From the NCBI RefSeq assembly GCF_009914755.1, contig NC_060926.1: a DNA stretch of 64,000 bases. The stretch is one strand, 5' to 3'. This DNA comes from the human T2T-CHM13v2.0 reference genome, Homo sapiens. The notes beneath the pieces were generated by a model. That model saw only the letters and a program-made list of their open reading frames with translations, made no database searches and was not told the origin of the DNA. Positions 54,041 to 64,000 of the stretch are shown here, in pieces. The translations under genes and the position numbers were made by a program. Numbering within the stretch: position 1 is the first letter of the stretch; every line of letters starts with the position of its first letter.

Positions 54041-56215
54041 TCTACCAGCTACACTACATTGCATTGCCTTCATTTAGTCACACAAACAGGCACCTTTTCA
54101 TTTTTTATTCTATACAAGTCCACTGAAATAAATTAGCATACTGGCTTATACCAAGTAAACGAATGTTTGGGGAATGAAACATGCCATACTGAGCCATTCA
54201 ACCCAGTTATTCAAAAAATAAGGTCTATCTCTGTTTCCTAAATAAGAATTGAGAATTAACATGCAGATAGCCAGAAACATTTGGTTCTGGCTTTTCATGG
54301 CAGCATGTGACTAATGATTTCACATTTGTGATATGGGATTTCTGGGACCTAACCACAACTAGCTCTGGCAATTACGAAATCCAGTTTGAAAGAACAGTGC
54401 AGAGCAACTAAACAGAGAAACAGTCAGTGGCACTTGTGGGATACAGGTGGCTAATTCCTCAAAACAGTAGCAGAATCTTGCATTCCTAGTGTCTTTATCA
54501 CAAACTGCAAATGTGACAATGAAGGAAACCATGTGAGGAAGGTCTAAGGAAAAGAAGAACAACTGTGCAGAGAGAAGTACAGAAAGGGAGAAGGGGGAGT
54601 AAACAGACAAAAAGAAAGGGAAAAAATTAAGGCCAAATAATTTCCATTCCTTGGTACATTGAATATGGAAAAAAAGAAAATAGAAAAAAAAGAAATAAAT
54701 AATACCCTTCTGCCCCAAGGGAGAAAAGAAAACCTGGTCAGTGAAAGGGGTGATGATAGAAACCTTCATTCTGAAGTCTGCATTTGTGGAATCAGACCAC
54801 ATTCTCATGACTCTCAGCATTTAATCACCATTCTTCTAACTTCTCAGTCTGAGTTGAAAAATGCCATCCCACATTCAGCATGATGTTGCAATAAAATGAC
54901 TTCTTCCGGCAACTTGCCTTGTAATTTGGGTGAATTACAATTGGTTCTGCCGGTAAAATAATGTGATGCCTGTTGGTGACCTAAAAACTTAATAGCACCA
55001 TTCACTTGCTTCCCGGCCCTGAAAATAAATGGTTAGTCACCAAATTTGTAATTTCAGAAGGGCCTGACTACCACTATTTGAGTCACTACTGCACACAGTA
55101 GCTCTGGTAATACTGACATCAAAATATCTAGGGCAAATTTTGAAAACAAGATGAGTTTCATCCAACGTCTCTTCCTTTTGGAGCTTCGTTAACTGCACTA
55201 ACACTCATTTAATAGGGCTTATTAGTCAGAAGGGGATTTCAGTCTTAGTTATCAATTTCATGCAGACTCCTTTCAAGAGATTTCCTTCCACCTTTGGCAT
55301 TTGTCTTATTTGCAAACTCTACCCTCTATTGCTTGTAAATCTGCATTCCCAAAAGAAAAATAATGAAATTCATATCCTATATTTGTATGAGGTAGCACAG
55401 GAGTTCAACTGCTTTCTGAAACTAGTAGAATATTAGAGATACTCCTTATCATATGAGAAGAGACTCCCAATATTCTCCAAGGGAACTCCAGTAAAGAAGA
55501 AATAAAAATCTTTTAAAATACTGTTATGTTCTAAAACAAATGAATAGTCTGAAATAGAAAGTAGACAGTTAAAAAATTATTTGCATTGGATATCATAAAT
55601 TTAAAGGAATAACAATAAATGATATCTGTGATGGTGATTATTAGATAAGTATTTTCCTGCCTCCACTTGCCCTCTAAATTTTCTGCATTATTTCTGTTTA
55701 TTTTAAAAATACGTATTTTTAAATGCTGACATTGAGGAGTTACTTTAAATGACAGTCAATATACTTTGTCTGAAGCAAACAATTAGAAAAAGTCATACCC
55801 AAATTAGTATGAAATAAAATGTATCTGCTAATGGAAAGCAAGAGAAGTAGGTAACTTTTGTCAGGTAGAAAATTGCCATCTTCAGGATTATGAGTAATGT
55901 GATACCTAACATTCTTTGGGTCCACCACAAGAAAATGACTCACATGTATTTCCTGTATTCGAACTTACTAAAGTAGAGAATGGAAAAGGAATCCAATTGA
56001 AGAAATAATTTCATGTGTAGTTTGGAGGTCCATTTATATAGACATGTGCTGGGGAAGTAGGAGGGGGCATCTATCTATCTCTTGATATCATTGGTTGTCA
56101 AAGGAAGAAAGTAGGAACATTGTTTTTCTGGCTTTATCATATGCTCTAAGCATCAAAGCAGACAGCCTAGGGCAGTCAGAACCAGAATCAAGACCACCAG
56201 TGCAATAGACTAAAA

Positions 56216-56413
56216 GAGTGGTTTCTAACCAGGTTGTCCTACAGGGGTCATTTGGCAATGTCTGGAGACATTTTTGATCAGCATAATTGGAAGATTCTAC
56301 TGGACTCTAGTGGAGAGAGGCCAAGGATGCTTCTAAATATCCTACAATGCACAAGACAGCCCCCATGATAAAGAGTTAACTGGCCCTAAATGTGCCAAGG
56401 TTGAGAAACCCTG
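56216..56413 (+). mobile_element. MER20
   Basis: catttggcaatgtctggagacattttt...gagaggccaaggatgct...gccaaggttgagaaaccctg. Confidence 0.88.
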
Positions 56414-56669
56414 GCCTAGGGAAATACCTAGGAGTATAAAAGATACACTGCTTAAAATTCGGACCACAATATATTAATCAAGCTGAATAAGATTTACTTA
56501 GAAGTCAAAGGCACATAAAAACTAACTGGGCTATAGTTTAATTGTTGATTTGTATATTTTATGTTAAAGTATATCTTAAAGAAATCAAATATTCTTAATT
56601 TACCCAGTGACATTAAAATGAAAAATACTGTGCTGATACAATACCAAAAATTTAATTCAAAAACAAAAA

Positions 56670-58340
56670 TTAAGTGATAAATTGGACCTCATCAAAATGA
56701 AAACTTCCGCTCTTCAAAAGACACTGTTAAGAAAAGAAAAAGACAGTTTCATACTGGAAGAAATATTTGCAAAACATGTATCTTATAAAGGACTTGTATC
56801 CAGAATATACAAACAACTCTCAAAATTCAATATGATAAAAAAATCTCAATTTAAAAAAGTGTGTAAAATATTTGAAAAAACATTTCACCAAAGAAGATAT
56901 AAAGATATCAAAAAGGTACATAAAAAGATGTTCAACATCATTAGTAATTAGGAAAATATAAATTAAAATCATAATGAGCTACCACTTTACACCTTTCATA
57001 ATGTCTAAATTTTAAAAGACCAACAATATCAAGCGTCAAAGAAGATGTGGAGTATCCAGAACTCTCATACATTGGTAGGAATATACAATGGTACAATCAC
57101 TTTGGAAAACAGTTTAATTTTTGTCTACAGAAAGATTTGGACACAACTACATAAATAAATGTAAGACTTTTCAAAAGCCAAAAACCTGGAAACAACCCAA
57201 ATGTGCATCAACAAGTCAGAGGTAGCGAATATCTGAGTTACTGGTGGAGAATCCGTACAGGTCTGCAGAAACCTCAGTTTGTGCCTCTGAAAAAAAATAA
57301 ATTGACTGACGGGTGTAAGGTAGAAAAAGAGACTAAAGCAAGTTTCGGAGCAGAAATGGAAATTTCTTAAAAAGCTTTAGAGCAGGAAAGAAAGAAAAGT
57401 ACACTTGGAAGAAATCCGAGTGGGCACTTTGGAGGTCAAGTGTCCCATTTAACCTTGATCCTAGGATGTAATATGCTGACTTACTTCCGGCCTCTTGTGC
57501 CCCTTTCCCTTCATTATTCCATTAGGGTGGACCACCTGCATGCGCAGTGCCTTCCTTGTGCTTGGTGGGTGAGCATGTGCAGTGTGTTTACTGGAATTGT
57601 ACCCATGCTCATCTGAGGCATTTTTCCCTTTTCCAGTGGAAGGTCATACACCACCATTTTGTCTCTTAAAGTGCGTGCTCATGCCCACTTACCAAATTCC
57701 TGAGATTTTATTGGAAGCCATCAATGACCAATTTCAAGTGTTTGCAAAATTGCCGGGGACTCCCTGGCTCCAGCTGCAACCAATTAACATTTTAGTGTGA
57801 CAACAGCCAGACCATCACCTGATGGTCTCCTGACATTCTTGGTGGGTCAGAGGGAGACCTCTCCTGCCCCACTCATGCCTGATTAGCTACCTGCTGTTAC
57901 AAAATGAATGGAAAAAACAAACTGTGGGGTATCAATACAATGAAGTATCACACAGTAATCAAATGAGGTAGATGCACACAACCACATGGATGAATCTCAA
58001 AATAATTTTGCTGAGTAAATGAAGCCAGACAGAAGAGTATATACTTTGTGAATCTATTTATAAAAGCCCCCAAATAATGCAAGCTAATCTATAGTAACAG
58101 AAAGCAGATCAGTGGTTTCTGAGAAGCCAGGTGACAGAGGGACATTGAAGAGGGGCTGAAGGGAGGGATTACCAAGGGACTTACGGGAACTTTGCGGGGG
58201 TTATGGATATGTTTACCATCTTGATTGTGGTAAAGATTTCATGGATGTATACATATGCCAAAAATGGTAAAATTGTACACTAAATATGTGAAGTTTATTG
58301 TAAAACAATTACATTTAAATGAAGAAATTTTAAAAATAAA
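56670..58340 (+). mobile_element. L1MC/L1MD 3' portion, split by MER50
   Basis: ORF2 C-terminal-like peptide (ORF 56682-56951); 3' UTR acagaaagcagatcagtggtt...ccatcttgattgtggt...gtacactaaatatgtg. Confidence 0.75.
57214..57901 (-). mobile_element. MER50 (ERV1) solo LTR
   Basis: gcgaatatctgagttactggtggagaatccgtacaggtctgcag...gaccatcacctgatggtctcctgacattc...tagctacctgctgttaca. Confidence 0.8.
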
Positions 58341-58914
58341 GAACATTTTTTTCTGCAAAAGACGCATCAAAGCTTCCATCATGTATTGTTCTAAGATTTT
58401 TAAGAGCAAACCTAGAGCCATTATTTGATTCCTTAACTGCCATATAGTAGCAAGAACTCTTGATCAGCCAACAAGGCCCACTGGAGTCCTAAGTAAACCA
58501 CTTGAAGCCAAGATTGAGGTAGTTTAATTCAGTATTTTATGATATTCTTTTTATGTGAGGTAGTTCAGTTTTTTCATGTGATAACCAAATATTCTTCTAC
58601 AAAGAAGTTTATGTATTTGCATAAAATATCACTCAACCAGTCCTTAATGTAGGAGTATCTAAAATCAATCAACAAATAATTACTGAAAATCAACATAACT
58701 CATCCTAAAGTCAGAGCTATTGTTACTCTTAAGAGTCCCCAAATGATTAAAGAAATACAACTACATATATATGTATATCTATCTATCTATATAAATGTAG
58801 TTGGAAGATAAAAGGAAAATTGGAACAGGGCTGGTTTCAATAGAATTTTCATGATGTGAAATAATTCCATAGGTTTGAGTAACAAGAAGTCTGTATCAAG
58901 GAATTGAAGCCTGA

Positions 58915-60690
58915 GATGTATTCATTCATTTATTCAACACATATTTATTGTGTGTCTACCCTGTGAAAGGTATTACCTAGGTGGTAGAGATATAACAGGG
59001 AATAAAATAGCTCTCATGGAGCCATGTTCTGTGAATTTTATGTTCGAGTGGGAGCAGTGGGCAAAAGAAAAATTTAAAATAAAGTTATATATGCTGTTAA
59101 ATGGTGACAGGTGCTAAGGAGAAAAATAAAGCAAGAAAAGGAATAGCTGAGTGAGGGAGAGGAGGAAGAGGTCAGAATTCTAAATGGAGGGTAGGGGTTC
59201 TAGTAAGCCCTCACTGAGAAGGTAATGTTTAAGCAAAGACTTGAAAGAGGTAAGAGAGTCATACATATGGATAACTAAAAAAGAACACTCCAGACAGTGA
59301 ATAGCCAGTTCCCTCTGAAGATAAGATCAGAGGGGTAAAAGTTCAGATCTTGTACGACCTTGTAAAGACAAGGGCTTTTACTGTGATTGAAATGAAAAGC
59401 CATTGAAGGTTTTCAGCTCAGGATGTTACGTGGCTTAATTTTTTTAAAAAGATTATTCTAGCTGTTGAATGAGGGTAGAAGAGGAAAGAAGCAGAAATAA
59501 AAGTCAGGAGACTATTTCAAAAATCCAAGCAAGAGATGACAATTGTGGCAGACAATCCCTAAAATGACTCTCAATGATTCTTGACTCCTGGTGTTTACAG
59601 TTTTGTTTAATCTCCCCCCCTTGAGTGTAAAACCCTGGGATTTGCTTCTAACCAAGAAAATATCACAAAGGTGAGAAAGATATTATCCCATAATGAGATT
59701 CAATTGTATGGCAAAGGTGATAGGAGATCACTACTGTAATTACATTACCATATATATAAGATTCATCTCGCTAGCAGAGCCCCTGGGGACATAGCCCCTC
59801 ACTAGTCTTGAAGAAGTGAGCTGCCTTGCAGGAAATAGCCATGTCATAAGAGCCCTTGTAGCAAGAATCAACAGGAGGCCTCAATTGCTGAGGACAGCCT
59901 TCAGCAGTAACTGAACAACCTGAGTGTACTTTAAAGAAAATCTTCCCCCTGTCCAGCCTCGGAAAAGACTGCTACCGCCAAAGCCAATTCCTGTGCTGAA
60001 ACCCAAAGAAGTGAAATTGTGAAACAGACAATCTAGTAAAGCTATGCTCAGACTTCTGACCTACAAAACTGTGAGATAATACATGTATGTAGTTTTAAGC
60101 TACAAGTTTAGTAGTAATTTGTGATGAAACAATAAAATTAACACAGCAGTGGTTCAGATTAGGGTGGTACCAGTGGTTTGAAAGTAAAGACAAAATTAAA
60201 TAATTGATACAACAATAAAAGTTAAGATAGACTCCAAGGATTTTCACCTAGACAACAGAAAAGAAAAAGCTATTTACTAAGATGCGGAGACCTATGGAAG
60301 AGCAAGTTTGAAGGAGATAGCATCAATGGTCTATCTTTGGACAATTTAATTTTGAGATGCATGAAGATGGAAGTGGGAATAGGAAGTTGCATCCATCATT
60401 CTGAAACTCAATAACAAATAAGAAGCCAGATATATACTTTTGGATATACATATATGGTATACAGTGACTACCTGAGATCAGTGATATCTCAAAGTTGTGG
60501 GTGGAGAGAAATCAAAAATATCTCAAAGCGAGATCATGATTTCTCAAAGCTGTGTTTGGAGAGAGATATTGTAAGCCAGAAAACTAACAGGAGAAAAAGA
60601 AGTCATTCAAAAGAGGGCACACAGCATAAGCAAAAGCTTGGAGGGAGGAATAAGCCAAAGAGGCTATTGGTGACTTAAAGGCAGTCAGCA
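58915..60690 (-). mobile_element. L2 (L2a-like) 3' region, split by MLT1E
   Basis: Tail attcattcatttattcaacacatatttattg; aggagactatttcaaaaatccaagcaagagatga; tttggacaatttaattttgagatgc. Confidence 0.75.
59544..60145 (+). mobile_element. MLT1E-like MaLR solo LTR
   Basis: tgtggcagacaatccctaaaatgactctcaatgattc...ttctgacctacaaaactgtgagataat...aataaaattaacaca. Confidence 0.8.
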
Positions 60691-61313
60691 TATTTCATTC
60701 ATTTTCAAGAACCTAACAAAGCATGTGGAAACCAGAAAACCCTAAAAATGACAGGAGGCTAGTAAGAAAGGCACATGAAGCCAGCAAAATAAAATTGTCT
60801 TTAATGGGAAGTGGGAGGATGGAAGGAGAGATTAGTGACTTTCCTTCTGAGATATCTGACTTGAAAATGGCTTGTGCATCTTCTTGCAGTGTGAGAGAAT
60901 TCCTCTGAAACTAAAGTGGAAGGAGTCTTGCGAAAGCCTAGTTTGGAATGAGTAGGTGCCTTAAGTTCTAGGCTCAGCTACAGGGGAACGTGATGATTAT
61001 AAAGCAATCTCAAATTCATTCTGGCAGAAGGGTTGGGGTGGGGAGTAGATTTGTAGCTCAAAGATAGAAAGTAGGTTAACAAAAGAAAGTGTTCAGGTCA
61101 ACTAATGGATCATGGTGCTTCCCGGATATTTTTAAAGTTTTATATTAGACTCGTTTCTTACATAAAAGTGCTTTTACCCAACAACTCTAAGTACTGTGTG
61201 TTTTCCGTATTGTGCCAGAGGTGTTATGGATGATATTAAAAAGAAAAAAGTAGAATAATAGTTATTGCTCTCATAAATCTGTATCAGCTAGATAAAAAGA
61301 AAAAAGCATACCT

Positions 61314-61318
<5 letters not shown>

Positions 61319-61347
<29 letters not shown>
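61319..61347. repeat. Isolated poly(A)29 tract
   Basis: 29 consecutive A with no adjoining Alu or L1 body. Confidence 0.95.
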
Positions 61348-61522
61348 CAGAAAGGAATCAGGACTCAGCACTTACGCATATTTTGGAAGGATTATTAAAG
61401 TTCATAAAAAAGATAATATCTTAATACTACTATAAGTTATTTAGAAGGTAATTTTATCAACACTTCCAATAAGTTACCCTGCTATAAACCTTAAACTAAA
61501 TGATATGTGTACATATCACATG

Positions 61523-61765
61523 TATACAGTGGGTATATGTATGACATACCTTTTTATAGATATAGGGTATAAAAAGAAGGTTTTGATCAATTTCACTGAA
61601 ATACTAGATAACTAAGTATCAGGAATAACATGAATTGAGTGCTTACATATACAGTGGGTATATGTATGATATACCTTTTTATAGATATAAGGTATAAAAA
61701 AGGTTTTGATCAATTTCACTGAAATACTAGATAACTAAGTATCAGGAGTAACATGAATTGAGTGC
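61523..61765. repeat. Tandem duplication, two copies, 125-bp period
   Basis: Copies start at 61523 and 61648; three substitutions and a 2-nt indel between them. Confidence 0.95.
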
Positions 61766-62944
61766 CTATTACATGTTCAGCACTTTATGTTCAAACAGCT
61801 ACTAAATGGCAGTACAGAGCTGAATACAGGCTGTAGGATCTAAAACATGGCTTTCTCCTTTCAGCTCTGTTGTCTCTGCCTCAGTGCTCCTTCCATTTCA
61901 CTCTGCATGTATCAATCAGATTGACTAATTTATACATTCACACTACTCACTTTAGAGAAATCCTAAAAATAAAAATAAAAAAAAGTCACCGTGACAGATG
62001 ACAATTTAGCAGGAGCACTGGAAGTTTTTCCAAATGTTGGTATGAGATAAATTACATACCAAAATAATGTACTGCCAGGTACATTTCTCTCTTGCTACTT
62101 GAACGGATGTAATAATGTACTTGGTTCTTTCCACCTCTGATTTATTGATGGCATGAGATTTGTCATTTTATTTCGGTGAAATTATATCTCTAGAGGGAAT
62201 TTTCAATGGATAAAGTTAATTTGAGTTATCCTGAACTTCCAGCAAGTCTGGGAGATTTTTACAAAAGATGAACACTGTCAACCAATGAGTCAAGAAACTA
62301 TATATTTTAGTTTGAATTTTTGAAAGCACAGGAAAAGGCAATTCAAAAAGCTCTTGATACTAAAAAGAACACTCAGAGGTTAAATGCCCATCAAGTATAT
62401 CACCAAAAAACTTGGGGCAAATGCACAGTTGTTATTTCTTTCAACTAAACCTCGGTTAAATTGAAAGAAATAACATCTGTGCTCTCCCATTAAGAAACTG
62501 GGTTAACACAAAGATTTAGAAACATAGGTAATTTTATCAACAAAATTATGAATGCTTTATCATACCTTTGTGTGGATAGGATTTCAGGTATGATCAGCAC
62601 CTCCAGATGAAAATGGAAAAGTTAGTCGAAGAGTCCACTATGTGATCATCCCAGCATCTAAGCTTTGTAAACACCTAGTTCTTTAACTGAATTCTTTCAC
62701 CTTTCAGCCAGACATTGGACACTGTATACACAGACACAGAGTATATTTAAGCTTACTGAGATCTAAGCAGACTAACAGGCATACTTCCATTCAATCTCTC
62801 TAACGTGAGGAACACACATAATTACATTCTCCTAGCTAAAACAAAACAAAATGTTCCCTTCCTAAATACGGCCTTTATAAGAGACTGCACTCCATGAATT
62901 TGCTCCTTCTTCTTGATAGCATACCTTACTCCTTACCAGGGTCT

Positions 62945-63115
62945 TATTAATAACAATAAAACTAATATACTAAACTGTGTTATGCGTTATAATTGCTTTT
63001 TCTCATGTAATATCCACAAAAACCTTATAAATTTGGAATTTACATCTGATTTTAAAGATGACCAACTAAGGTACAAAGATGAACATTAACTGGCCCTAAT
63101 AGAAGCAGAGCTGGA
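62945..63115 (-). mobile_element. MIR fragment
   Basis: tctcatgtaatatccacaaaaaccttat...ttttaaagatgaccaactaaggtacaaaga. Confidence 0.55.
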
Positions 63116-63119
63116 TTTT

Positions 63120-64000
<881 letters not shown>

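Noticed and set aside
54359-54820. Longest ORF (153 aa, minus strand)
   Set aside because: F/L/S-rich translation of the complement of an A/G-rich tract; no recognisable domain.
54890-55060. H/ACA snoRNA or pre-miRNA call for the double hairpin
   Set aside because: ANANNA matches are trivial, there is no ACA box 3 nt after the second hairpin on either strand, and the stems are short. Kept only as an unassigned structured element.

Overview
This is AT-rich, CpG-depleted primate genomic DNA. AluJ, AluS and AluY copies indicate a catarrhine, most likely human. Well over half of the window is recognisable transposable-element relic: L1MA/L1PB/L1PA/older L1M, L2, L3, MIR, 12 Alu copies or fragments, about 20 LTR or LTR-internal segments (MaLR, ERVL, ERV1, ERVK) and DNA transposons (Tigger3, Charlie1, MER20). 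Many are nested and several have readable target-site duplications (TSDs). I could not recognise any protein-coding gene, tRNA, rRNA, CRISPR array or CpG island. The ORF track is explained by broken L1 ORF1/ORF2 pieces, Alu/LTR read-through and chance ORFs. The window looks intergenic or deep-intronic, and I found no evidence for a new biological system. The most interesting items are structural: a full-length L1PB whose target motif appears three times with an Alu piece inside; a probable L1 3' transduction; several local templated insertions and tandem duplications; a multi-layer nest inside an MLT1A provirus; intact MER11 and MLT2A1 solo LTRs with regulatory potential; a CpG-retaining double-hairpin segment; and a compact set of minus-strand splice signals around a poly(A) tract. 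Family and subfamily names come from my recall of consensus sequences, not from a RepeatMasker run. Boundaries without a stated TSD are approximate.
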